This document shows positions 13,629 to 26,072 of a stretch of 64,000 bases of DNA, one piece after another. A model generated the notes under the pieces. The model was not told the DNA's origin and did not search any database. It saw nothing but the letters and a program-made list of their open reading frames with translations. The stretch covers positions 38,874,001-38,938,000 of the forward strand of contig OX597827.1 in NCBI GenBank assembly GCA_951406725.2, written 5' to 3'. The position numbers and the translations under genes are program-made. Source of the DNA: Octopus vulgaris. Lineage: Eukaryota. Position 1 is the first letter of the stretch; the number at the start of each line of letters is the position of its first letter.

Positions 13629-13934
13629 TATATACATATAGTAAATTCAATGAACAATGCAGTAAGACAACACAGGAGGAACAAGGTTTAACAAATAAGG
13701 TATTAACCATAACACTTTAAAGGGGAGGGATAGCATCTTAATGTTTTGGATGTTAAACCTTCATCAGAAGAGAGAAATGTAGAGAGAGTGAGAAACAGCA
13801 ATAGCCAGTGAAAGAGAAAAGTTTTAAAAAAAACAAGTGAAGGGACAGAAACCAGTTAGAAATGCTGTTCTATGATGGAAACTAAGAAACAAGGAAGGGG
13901 TGGATGTGTGTGCATGTATATATATTATTTTAAT

Positions 13935-14098
13935 TGTATCAGTCATTTGACTGCAGCCATGCTGGAGCAATGCCTTTAGTTGAGCAAATCGACCAGAGGA
14001 CTTATTCTTTGTAAGCCTAGTATTTATTCTATCAGCCGAACCACTAAGTTATGGGGACATAAACACACCAGCATCAGTTGTCAAACACATACACATGC

Positions 14099-14130
<32 letters not shown>

Positions 14131-14293
14131 GATGGGCTTCTTTCAGTTTCCATCTACCAAATCCACTCACAAGGCTTTGGTTGGCCTGAGGCTATAATAG
14201 AAGACAGCAGCCCAAGATGCCACACAGTGGGACTGAACCTGGAACCATGTGGTTGGTAAGCAAGCTACTTACCACACAGCAACTCCTGCACCT
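13935..14293 (-). mobile_element. SINE family A
   Basis: Reverse complement of the 22600-22990 copy, with internal (TA)n. Confidence 0.88.
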
Positions 14294-15002
14294 CTCTCGA
14301 TATATATATCTATGATCAATTCTCCCATCAAAGACAACGCATGGGTGTTCAGCTTTTGCTGAATAACATGCACAAATGATTTGTTTATAGTGATCCCGCC
14401 ATCACATTGACATTTCCTGAACAAGGTGCACGGTGTACCACACGCCAGGTGTCAAAATGGTCACAGAATAATATGAGACGAAGTGGATCCAACTGTCAGG
14501 TTGCATAGTTAATTAAATTCCTATGTAATCAAACTGCACCATGCACAACCTAAAATCTAGGGATACAAAAGTTGTGTGCTCTGTGGAGTATATAATAAAC
14601 AAATAAAGCAAGGAGAGGTAACAGGCAAGAAGAATCTTAATACTTCTGTTGAGGTTACAGCTGTTTCATAATCCACTCATATTTACATGAACTCCATTAT
14701 AAACATGAATGCAATATAAAATACATTATAGATGCATGCACACATGTGTGTATTTGCTTTGCCATGTATGTTCATGCTTTTAATGAAGTTGATGATACAA
14801 AAATGAGTGGATTACGAAACGGCTGTAACCTCTTTACTTCTCTTTGTTTTATTTGCTTATGTATATATTACATAATGTATTTTATGTGTGACAGAATAAA
14901 TAAAACTAGAATGAATAATGAAAAACGTAATTCTTTATGAAAAGGTCCCCCTTTGCTTCAAACAGAGAGAGAGTATGTCAATGGGTGACCTGCCTCTAAT
15001 TC

Positions 15003-15374
15003 CGTATCTGGAAAGTTTGCTGCAAACATTTTTCGGTGCAGGAAAATTCGCTTCAGGATTTTTGGCTGTAGAAAGTTCGCTGCATAGGAAATTTTGCGAC
15101 AAGACAAAAGATTAATTACTTCCCTTAGTATATAATTGTTTCAACCAATAAGAAGGGGTAAATCAATTTCTTAACTCATTTAAAATTTCTTGATTCATAC
15201 AACAATATTTTTTTTGTGTAGCAAAAATGTTTGTGGAAATTTTAAATGAGTTAAGAAATTGCTTTACCCCATTTTATTAGTTGAAACAATTATATACCAA
15301 GGGGAGCGATTAATCTTTTATCTTGTGGCAAACTTTCCTATGGCCAAAACTCCTGAGGCAAACTTTCCAAGAAC
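15003..15374. mobile_element. Foldback/Mutator-like MITE with long modular TIRs
   Basis: About 140-bp imperfect inverted arms containing GGAAAGTTTGC-type subrepeats. Flanking direct repeat CCTCTAATTC (14993-15002, 15375-15384). Confidence 0.75.
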
Positions 15375-15429
15375 CCTCTAATTCTGTTCGACCTGATAGC
15401 AGTAGCAAATTAATTAGCTTGCTTTGAAA

Positions 15430-15772
15430 CAACTGGACCTGTCTTCCCATGCTTGCATTGTTTATTGTGGTCCCTTCATCTCCTTGAGATTGTCAACTTC
15501 CTGAGATCAGCTTTCAATACCTTTTCCTTCCTTGGTCTTCCCTTTTGGCAAGTTACTTCCCCTTGAATCACTTGGAATTTCTTTACCTAACTACCATCCT
15601 CCACATGTATTCTTGAGAGCACACAACTTCTGACTCCTCTTATATGGCGTTTTTCTTTCAGTTTCATTTGTGTTGTCATTCATGCATAATTACATTACAC
15701 ATCCAGTGGTGCACAGCTTTTGCATGTCTTTTACATTCAAAGTCCATGTCTCACTATCATGCAATATTGCAA
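15430..15772 (-). mobile_element. 3' fragment of an RTE-clade LINE
   Basis: Minus-strand translation AILHDSETWTLNVKDMQK..HWMCNV, homologous to the C-terminal part of the 43.9-45.9 kb RTE copy. Confidence 0.7.
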
Positions 15773-16993
15773 TATAGTCATTTCTTCTGATTCTTTATGT
15801 TCTGTGCTCAGATTCTGTCATGGTCAACTTTGCCTTTCTTCCTTATGAGGCCAATAAAATAAGTATCAGTGAAGCACTGGGGTCGATGTAAATGCTTATA
15901 CCCACCTCCAAAATTGCTGCCCTCGTGTAAAAATTTTAAACCATTGCTTATTAAATATAATAAATATTTTTCTCAAATAAAAATGAGTGTGCATGCAGTG
16001 GAGGGAGGAGGGAAAGCAAACATTTCATGCAAATCCTTGCCTTTGGTTTTTACTTTTTGTAAACCCAACTTCTTCAAAATAGGCAAAAACTAAATATTGT
16101 AGAAAGCATTTAGTCTGTTTTTTTTCTTTTTTGCAGTATTTCTGAATTCTTTAGACTAGATATGAGGCCAACTTATTTCATCAAATTAGTGTATATCTAA
16201 TCACTCTGGGAACCATTTTATTTATTCTGGAATTCTATTGTTCCTGACAAACCCACAAGCCTGAAAGAGGCATGTGATTGCTTTCGTTTGAGCAAATGTT
16301 CCATAGGAGAAGTGGTATAAGCAACTGAACCAAGAGCGATATAAGTATAGCAAAGTTGGCCCTGTGTATGAGGACAGAATATCTCCCTCTTTTTTTTTTA
16401 TTAAATGAGTTAAAAAGTAGAAGTTATGTCTATGATCTTTACAAGCTCCACTACCACACTGGTAAAATTGATGCAGATGTGTGCAGAGAGGGAACCAGAG
16501 GGAATTCCAGAAATCCAAGAATCATGTGGTGGTGGTGGTGTTAAACTGGGCAGCATGTTAGTTGTACTTCCCAAATTAAATACCAAGTCATTAATTGTTA
16601 AATAGTAATTAATGTTAAGTATTCAGTTCAGAAATTTTGTGTTATACAGCTATTTGCTCCCATTTCTTTTGGCTAAGCTGTTGTAATAATTTTTGACTTA
16701 GGCACATGCCTGGAAGTAAATGAGAATTTAGACGGTATAATGTGGTTGCTTTTCTCGAGTGCACAAGGGGCATTGATTCGATTGAAACCAGCAGCAGATT
16801 TGGCTTATTTCAAGCTTACTCTTTGCTCTGCGACCAGTATGCATTGTGAAGTTAAATGCACTGACAGCCATGAAATTAGTTAAGCTGGAGTCAGTAAAAC
16901 TAAAACATTGCTGAGCAACGAAACACGCTAAGAAAATGAGGACTGGGTTTAGCCTAGGCACCAGATATTACAGAAGTTTACAGAAAAAGGGAG

Positions 16994-17054
<61 letters not shown>

Positions 17055-18354
17055 CACATATATTGTAATATTGATGTTGGCAGATGAAAGGTAGCACAAA
17101 GTCAATATGGGATTTGAACAGACAGTATATTGCAATGCTTGTATTAAACACTACCATTACCAGCACTGTCTAACATTAACGGCAATGGTAGTGAACCAAT
17201 GATAGAGTCTTCCTCTACATGGCCACTTAACCTGCTTAAAATAGCTGTCTAATAAACCCCTTCTTAAAAGAAAGCAAGGGCACATCAGATAAATTATTAC
17301 AATAACTTAGCCTCGATATGTTTGAACATAAACAAAAAAAAAACTGATCTTGCCTTTTCATTATAGGGCAGCTGGATCAGTGTTGACCTGGGGCTAAACA
17401 ATAATACTACTGAGTTAAAATTTTAAAGGTTTCGATGCTATTCAGCCTTCAACAGTTAGTAATATATTTACCAGAAATTTATTAGTTTGCTAATAAATTT
17501 ACCTCTCTTACATATGCAAAGCAGTTCCAATGTGAGTCCCTCTGCATGGTTGCTCAACTTGCTAGAAATAACAGCGAAATATTCCTCAAATCCCACTCAC
17601 CTGTCTTAAAACAAAGGAAGGACAGATTGGATAATGTAGCTCTGATTCTAGTCATGCACTATGTATGACTAAAAGACAGGATGGTCACAGGAGGAATCCC
17701 TATAATCACAAGTCTATTGCGTGAGGGTTGACCTGTGACTTAACAACAACAACAAAGTTGTGCCTTTGGAGTGTCTAGTGAAAAGATGGGATGGAAGTGA
17801 GAAATTGTGACATTAATGCTTCTCCTTATGACAATTAGTGTAATTAAGTGGCTGGAGCTGAAACCAGGTTACTGCTATGTCTCACCAGAACCCTACTTTT
17901 TCTTCACAGTAATACTACAACATAAGCAGGGAGAGAAACCAAAGAAGTGAATAATCAGAAGGGATGAGTGTACAAAAATGGCAAACAAATGATCTGAAGT
18001 CTGTGCCCTCACAACCAGTTGGCATTGTGCCTCTTTCTTTCCAGCACAAGGTGTTAAATTGGCAATGTATCAGCAAATGAGAGAGAGAAAAACAGAGAAC
18101 GAGAGAGAGAGCAAGTTTGTGTGTGTGAGAGAGAGAGAGACTCAGTGATGAAAAACTTACTATCCAATGACCAAGTTGTCTACAGTAGTGACAAAGTCAA
18201 CACCCTTCCATTATGTAAAACCAAAATAGAATTGGCTACAACTGGGAGTTGAAAGTAGCTTTTGGATTCAGTTTGCCAAAAGCCTACCTATTATTGCTGT
18301 GCAATAATTATTGTAAAGATAACTACGACAACTATAATAATTATAAATAATAAT

Positions 18355-18950
18355 GGTTTCAAATTCAGGCACAAGGCCAGAAATTTTAGGGGAGTGGGTT
18401 AGTTGATTACATCGACCCGAGTACTCAACTGGTACTTATTTTATCAACCCCGAAAGGGTGAAAGGCAAAGTGAACCTTGGCAGAATTGGAACTCAGAATA
18501 GAAAGACAGACGAAATGCCACTAAGGATTTTGCTTGGTGTGTTAACGATTCTTTTCTACTGTAGGCACAAGACCCAAAATTTTGGGGGAGGGGGCTAGTC
18601 GATTAGATTGAACTCAAGAGGATGAAAAGCAAAGTAGACGTCGGTGAAATTTGAACTCAGAACATAAAGACAGACAAAATACCACTAAGCATTTCACCCA
18701 GCGTGCTAACGTTTCTGCCAGTTACCCCTCCCCTATTCTTAGTTTCAAATTTTGCACAAGGTCAACCAGTTCAGCGGAGTGGGTGAGTTGATTACATCAA
18801 CCTCAGTGTTGAAGTGGTACTTATCTACCCCCCCCCCCGAAAGGATGAAAGACAAAGTTGACCCTGATGGCATTTGAACTCAGAATGTAAAGTTGGAGAA
18901 AATGCTGCTAAGCATTTTTCCTGGTGCAGTAACAATTCTGCCAGCTTGTT
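18355..18950 (-). mobile_element. Three tandem copies of tRNA-derived SINE family B
   Basis: Repeated GGCACAAGG..GATTACATC..ACTGGTACTTA..CCCGAAAGGATGAAAGGCAAAGT..TTTGAACTCAGAA..CTAAGCATTT..GCTAAC..TCTGCCAG. The reverse complement gives an A-box-like GAGCTGGCAGAA and B-box GAGTTCAAAT. Confidence 0.88.
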
Positions 18951-19252
18951 GCCCTATTGATCATAATAATAATAATAATGTTTTCTAATATGAACACAAA
19001 GTCAGACATTTTGAAGACAGGCACAGCTGAATACATTGACACCAGTGCTTCTTTTATTGAGCCTGGAGGATTTTAAAGAAAATTTAACAATAATAAAAAG
19101 GATTTCAAAAATTATTTTTGCTATGTATCTTGCCTTGGACTCTCAAATTTTGATGGAGTTGTAGTAGTGCTGTTGTGATATACAGTATATCTTGAGCATT
19201 TAAATTTGGCAGAGCCCATCTTTCTCTAGCCTGACCACAACAGATTTCATCC

Positions 19253-19321
<69 letters not shown>

Positions 19322-20189
19322 AAATGTGAAGAGAAAAAAGGGAGAGAGACAGGCAGAAAGAAAGAAGAAATCAACTTCAGTACTTTATGAAAGGACAAAA
19401 GGTGACCTAGGCAAGATTTGAACTGAGGGCTTGGAAAGCAATCTTTCTGATGCTCTAAGAGCATCAGAAAGATTGCTTTCCAATCAATTTGACACTATTA
19501 CAAAGCTATGTAAGAAATCATCACTGCCATTGCTGCTGCTGCCCCTGCCTCCTACTACCACTGCCGCCACCACCACCATCATTTGCAGGGAGGGGTTACT
19601 TGATTAAATTAAATTAACCCAGTTCTAGATTGGTACTTTATTTTATTGACTCAGAAAGCCTGAAATTCAGCAGGATTTGAACTCAGAACATAAAGTGATG
19701 TAGCAAATATTGCAAGGCCTTTTGTATGACACTCTTAAATGAGTCTGTCAATCCACCACATTTTAATAATTAATTAATTAATTGATTAATTAATGGTGAT
19801 GATGATAAGCAAATTATTAAGCACTATGTGACTGGAGTATTAACAGAATAACAAAAATGTGCTATACACTGTAAGACTAAAGTATGAAATGCTGTCACAA
19901 GTTGTGACAGGCAAGAAGCCTTTGTGTATAGGTGGACTTCTGAGTAAAAAATCAATATTTACCATTGCTAGTTTATACAGCTAATGGTCAAGATGTACTA
20001 TAGGAAATTGTTGACATTCTTTTAGGTTCTATATCAAGTTGTTTTGCAGGTAAATAAATAAAACAACAATAGCAACAACAATGACTTGATAGCAATCCAA
20101 ATTGGTTATCGACTAGAAATCTTTATTAGAATGAATATTTCCTCTCTCTCTCTCTCTTGGAGAAGCACAAGCACCTACACACACATATA

Positions 20190-20352
20190 CACACATGGCA
20201 GTAACTTCTGCCTACCAAATTCAATCACAAAGCTTTGGTCGGCCCGGGGCTATAGCAGAAGACACTTGCCCAAAGTGCCACGCGGTGGGACTGAACCCAA
20301 AACCATGTAGCTAGGAAGCAAGCTCCCTAACCACACAGCCATGCCTGTGCCT
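20190..20352 (-). mobile_element. SINE family A, 5' half (similar partials at about 33010-33135, 52965-53110, 55530-55672, 61250-61385, 62135-62530)
   Basis: GAAGACACTTGCCCAAAGTGCCACGCGGTGGGACTGAACCC..CCACACAGCCATGCC. Confidence 0.8.
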
Positions 20353-20516
20353 ACAAGTATTAATGGATGTGTATATCATTTCTGATTTGGCAGAATAGTG
20401 GACAACTTGATGTGACTGAGGCAAAGACATGATAATATATGCAAACATCATCCCAGTATAGCACTAGGTATGGTAGGCTTTGATAAACTTGCTGTGATGA
20501 CTGAGAGGCAGTACTT

Positions 20517-20918
20517 TAACCCTTTTGATACCAACTGGCACTAGAGACCATCCTTGATTCTAGGATACAAACTTCCTGTTTTGAAGTGATCTAAAATTAA
20601 AATTCCATGTTATTTTATGTTGCAAAGACTGGCTTTATAATAAATTATTGTTTTATCATCTGCCTTAATCAAGCAAACCCCAGTGATCAGAGGTGTTTCA
20701 GCTGTGATCATACCTGTCTTATTTTGAGACACAATATAATTAAAACTTAATTCTTCTGTGATTATATTTCTCTTGAAACACAGTGTTTTTGTTTCAGCTA
20801 GTTTTGAAAATAATGGAAAGTTTAGTAAAATAACTTTGTCATATTTAATCTGGTGTTTGGAACATAAAGGTTTTAATGTAAATCACTATCTCAGGTGGGT
20901 TGGTATCAAAAGTTTTAA
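20517..20918. mobile_element. Degenerate piggyBac-type MITE (second family)
   Basis: TTAACCCTTTTGATACCAAC at the left and GTTGGTATCAAAAGTTTTAA at the right. Confidence 0.55.
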
Positions 20919-22599
20919 ACGAAACCGGATGTGATTTGAGGGAAATTTGGTTACTATTTATAGCAGATAAAACCTTGCGAAAGCCTCGAGGGTCACACAC
21001 GACTTGTTTGGGCCAAGACAGCCCTGACTGAGCAAACCTTATAACGAAATGTGTTCAAGCCATGATCACCTCAACACATTTTTGAGACATAGTGTATCTA
21101 GATCTACATTATGCAGTCAATGAACCTTTCTTTTAGCTTTAAGACACAATAGGGTGTGATTTGAGTGAGATACTGTTGCTATTTATAGCAGGAGAAATGA
21201 CAACATAGAGACCCCTCCCTCTCTCTTGCATTAGCTTGAGAATAACATACATTCATACTTATAGACACCTCATAGGAATTGTCAAAGCTATAGACGGTGA
21301 CAATGGTGTAAGCATGACAATAAAATCTCTGGTAAAACACAACACGGTAAACAACAAGTAAGTAAATTCAGAGTATGTACAGTGCATGAGTACATATTTG
21401 GTGTATGTACAGTGTTTCTGTACATATTTAGACTTGCTGTGAAGGAATGTTCAAGCTAACAGACTTAAGGTAAATATGAGAAGAAACTGTCACTGAATTT
21501 CAGTCTCTACATCTTGTCAGAGCCAGCCACCAGTTGACGTCTTTGCCTCTCTTGTTTAACACAATAATTCTGTGAAGCAAGCAGACAGTGGCTCAAGTCT
21601 GACAAGGAGAACAGGAGCCGAACCATTCCAGAAAACATTATACAGTGTATGAAAGAGTAAATTCTATGTATGCAAATATATAACCTTTCTCTCTCTCCTC
21701 TGTGTGTGTGTGTGCATGTGCACACATGAGCAAAGTGAAGCCTACCAAGAGAAGATGTATAGCCCAGTAACAAATCACTGTCTGGCTGGCATGCTAGTTT
21801 AGCTTGGATAGTATTGCAAGTCAATCTGGTGTCTATTCTCATGAGATTTAATGAACTCAGGTGTGTGTGCCCTAATGGTTAGCGTGTTCATTTCATGATC
21901 ATGAGGTTGTGGGTTCAATACCTGGGCAGAGCAGTGCAATGTGTCCTTGAGCAAGGCACTTCATTTTACATTGCTCCAGTCTACTCAGTTGAACATAAGC
22001 TTTGGCCAAGTACTAGGGTAGTCCTCATCCCCTTTGAATGTTACATCCTACATATGCCACCAGATCAAGGGTGAGGGGGGTGAGAAAGTGTGTGTGTTCT
22101 GTAACTGCTTGTGACTGCATAAGCACATGAAACAATTAGTGAAAGCATGGTACATTTTACCAAGCTGTCTTTGCTTGTGAGTGACAGCTGGTTTTACAAT
22201 AATATTAAGTATATTGCTCAAAGCATGACAAAACATAGGCAGTGGATTTGAACATTGAATTTATGAACTGACAGGAAAGTTAGATGTTACATATTTAGTT
22301 TCATTGTGGGCTAAATATTCCATTATAATCTAAATATTCTCTCATACCAAGATAAAATGTTTTATCTATACAAAAACAAAAACAAATATAGCTTAAAAAA
22401 TAATCATATTGAAGATGTTAATTTACATTACTTCATGTTTCAATAATAATTATTTAAAAAAAAAGAGTATAAGATAACTTTACTAGAATTAGTGCCAAAA
22501 AATTTATTTTACAAAAATATCAATAACTTTTTATCTTGTGATTCAACTAAAGGAGTCAATTAAGAAAAAGAAAAAAGAAAAAAAACAACAAAACAAAAC

Positions 22600-22990
22600 A
22601 GGCGTGGCTGTGTGGTAAGAAGCTTGTTTCCCAACCACATGGTTCCAGGTTCAGTCTCACTGCATGGCATCTTGGGCAAGCGCCTTGCACTATAGCCTCA
22701 AGTCAACCAAAGCTTTGTGAGTGGATTTGGTAGATGGAAACTGAAAGAATCCTGTCGTATATATGTGTGTGTGTGTGCATTCGTCTTTGTGTCTGTGTTT
22801 GTTCCCCCATCACCACTTAACCAGTGTTGGTGTGTTTATGTCCCCATAACTTAACATTTCAGCAAAAGAGACCAACAAAATAAGTATTAGGCTCAAGAAA
22901 CGAGTCCTGGGGTTAATTTGTTTGACTAAAACCTTTCAAGATAGTGCTACAGCATGGCCACAGTCAAACGACTGAAACAAGTACAAGAAT
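22600..22990 (+). mobile_element. tRNA-derived SINE, family A
   Basis: Head GGCGTGGCTGTGTGGTAAG..GGTTCAGTCTCA, then TTGGGCAAG, GGATTTGGTAGATGGAAACTGAAAGAA, internal (TG)n, tail CAGCATGGCCACAGTCAAACGACTGAAAC. More than 10 copies in the window. Confidence 0.9.
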
Positions 22991-23052
22991 ACAAGAATAA
23001 TACTCTCCGAAAGTATTTGGCAAATGAGCAGAAACAATGTAGGGTGAATGGC

Positions 23053-23631
23053 TTAACCCTTTAGAATTCAGATTATTCTGTCAAATGTAATTTGTTACCT
23101 CCGCCAAGGAAGGAGGTAATGTTTTCATCAGCGTTGGTTTGTCTGTCTGTCCGTAAAATAACTGAAAAAGTTGTGAACTTGCAGGAAAAGTTGGTAATGA
23201 TACAAGGAACACATGATGAAATTTTGGTAGTGATCTGGGAATTTTTATGGATTCTTGAAAGATTTTTCATTTGTTATATTTACTTTACATGAAGTATGTT
23301 CTTTGATTTTCTCCCTTGAAAACACGTTCATCGTTTGCACGTAACTTATGGTGGCATTGCTGTTTCCAAAGTTTATTTTCGTTTCTCTATTAGTAATTTT
23401 GCTTGCGTATCTATCTTAAAATGAAGCCTTGACTATTGGGATTGACTCTAGTTGGCGGGGGTCTGTGCTCTCCGAGTGCTTTTCTAGTCTATTTATTCCT
23501 ATTGTTTTGAATTAATCATGCAGCATCTTGTAGCTTCAATATTTCAGTGATGTTAATGTTTACTTTTAGAACCACATTACAGAGTAGGTGTTAAAGGCTG
23601 TATATGGCCGGTTTAAATGCTAAAGGGTTAA
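23053..23631 (+). mobile_element. piggyBac-type MITE (TTAA TSD, CCCTTTAG..CTAAAGGG termini) interrupted by a Helentron-type insert
   Basis: TTAA-CCCTTTAG at 23053 and CTAAAGGG-TTAA ending 23631. An uninterrupted relative lies at about 34283-34503, with further copies at 43455-43812 and a partial at 3370-3450. Confidence 0.8.
23091..23488 (+). mobile_element. Helentron-associated non-autonomous element (HINE/DINE-1-like)
   Basis: 5' TTACCTCCGCCAA with inverted partner TTGGCGGGGGT near the 3' end, a (GTCT)n microsatellite, a 3' hairpin GTGCTCTCCGAGTGC and terminal CTAGT. Confidence 0.75.
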
Positions 23632-26009
23632 TATAGTCCTGCCAGATACATAGCAACATCTCTACAGGGCCACCTTAGCAGCATTATAGAACCCTGAACA
23701 AATCAATGCAGTGGGTCCTAAAATATTTATTTATTGGCAGCAAGCCACAGTATACATAGATCAGAAGTGGGTCCCCAGGGCAAACCCACTGTGCCTATGC
23801 CTTAAGACAGCATGGCAACTCTAATGCTGGTTCCATGACAAAATGTACCTAGTACATGCAATAAAGAGGCTGCAGTTAGGAAGGGCATCCATTCATAGCA
23901 ACTGTAGCAGAAGTGAAATGCCCAATTAATACTTGGTCCTCTGACCCGGCTAGGAGGGCTAATAGCCCTGAATAAGAAGTGATGTGATTTTGCACTGTGA
24001 TAATTCTGCCTAACCCATGCCAGCATGGAAAATAGGCACATGATGATGATGATAATGGTGGTGGTGATCTAGAGTAAAATGGAAGATTGCAGCTGACCAC
24101 AGGCAATCAGTACATTGTAATCCAGTTACTGCCTCTGGGTTATTCTATCGATGAGAGTAAAGTACCTAAGTCAAAGACATTTAACTCTCAACAATAGAAT
24201 TTGCCTAACCGATACTAGTGGATACTGCCACATGGTAGAACAAAATCACTGCTGTAAATAGTACTGTACTAACCATTCAAATCCACCACATTTAATTTCA
24301 GTCAATGGTAGTGAAGCTAAGGTCTTCAATGGGTTACAGTCTGCATGGTGAGGAGTTAAAACAATCTCACCACGAGGTTTGCATGACTTAACAAAAATTA
24401 GTTCGAATTTTGCTTCCTTGTTGTAATAAGTTGTTTAGGAAAGAAAGATATAAGGAAAAAGAAGCTAAAAAAAAAATAAAACTTTTTGTTTAAATCCCAT
24501 CCGTAACAAAATGGACGACCTGGTTCAAAGTTCATTTTCCTAAAGTTTAAAATTAAACCACACCCATCTTGTAACTTTTTCCCCCAAAGTCAAAGTGACA
24601 TGTTTAAATAAGTCTAAAAAGTATATTATTTCAACCAATAGTATTTTTTTAAAATGTCCCTCTATGTAAATAACCTATTCTTAGTTGAAAATTGTCTGGT
24701 CTCCATTGTTTAATGTAGCTTTGACTTATTTAACTCCCTCTGCCATCGCCACCACTGCTGCTACCTTCCACACCACCACCGCTGCCGCTGCCACCACCAC
24801 CAGCACAGCCATCATCATCATCACCACTTTAACATCTATTTTGCAAAATGTTGTATAGATCTACTGTATATACTACAACAGTTATGTATCTGTATCCTGC
24901 ACATTTATTTCAGAGGGGATTTTTGATTGGCAGGATGGGAAGTAGAAAGACAGTTCCTGGTGGGACAAGCGAAGGAGCAAGAAAGAGATAGAGAAAGAGA
25001 GAACTAACAGGAGCGAAGATAAATTTCAAAGGGAGTGTGGCACATTGTATCTAATGAGAGATAGTTATTTTTTTTTTACAAAAAAAGGAAAAGAAAACAG
25101 AAACTGAAATTCCATCTAAAAAATTTGAAGAAGTCCATTTTGGCGGTTTAGATATATTTTTTGCTTTCTTGGTTTGAATTACACAGTTTCTATAATGAAA
25201 CAGAGGAGATTAAACTGCGTCCAGGAGTGAGATCCTGGTTAAAGAGTTCCAGAGTTTTGAAGAGTGTGGAATTACTTCTTAGCCACTACTGCCCCTAGGT
25301 CTATGCTGACCTGGGATAGTAGCAGCAGTCAGAGTTTCTGTTATGGAATTGCCTCTGGAAGGCAGTCAGTCACAGACACCTCAATGGGTCCAAGACAGAT
25401 GAGGTCCTTCAGCAATTTAGCGGTTCATCGAAGAGAAGATAACTCCATACAAATCCTGCATCCTGACAACTGCTGGGCTCATGTCATTTGACCAATACAA
25501 GTTTAAAGGATGAGAGTGGGACTGGCTGTATACAAACCAAGCCTACTATAGTAATATTTACTATGCAGGTTGTTCAGCAAACCAAGACACCAGCACCAAT
25601 ACCATCACACTTTCTTCATAAGTTCAGAGGCAAGGAAAGGAGGTGACATGAATAGGTAGAGGATGCTATCGGAAGTCTGTAGCCTTGGCACTACATACAA
25701 ATAACTATAGGAGAGAGATGCTTTCTGGTTGTATTTTCTTAAATCTTCATTCATTGAAGCAGTAGGAGAGTCCAACAACAACAACAAAAGAGAAATATAG
25801 AAATAATACATTTCTAAATCTCTCAGAGAGATTTATGCAGTAGTGATACGATAAAGTAGTTGTATGCTGTCAACTTAATGTGACAGTCCCACGAAGGGAG
25901 TAATACTACTGCTATTTAGCCCTAGGAAGCAGCACCACTTCCTGTCAGCCGTGACACATTTCCAGTGTCCTTATGTTTACAAGAGGGAGATAAGCACCTC
26001 CACCCAGCT

Positions 26010-26072
26010 AAGCCAGCATCCAGAGACTAGTTTCTGAGTCATTGCTCATCTTCAATCTGGAGTAGCTTGGCT
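26010..26072 (-). ncRNA. Minimal type I hammerhead ribozyme motif (C3U variant)
   Basis: Minus strand core 26061-26019: TCCAGA-TTGAAGA-TGAG CAATGA CTCA-GAAA-CTAG-TC-TCTGGA. Stem I extends via AAGCC-A-AGC/GCT-GGCTT. Palindromic ACTAGT stem III; GUC site, predicted cut 26025/26024. Confidence 0.65.
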
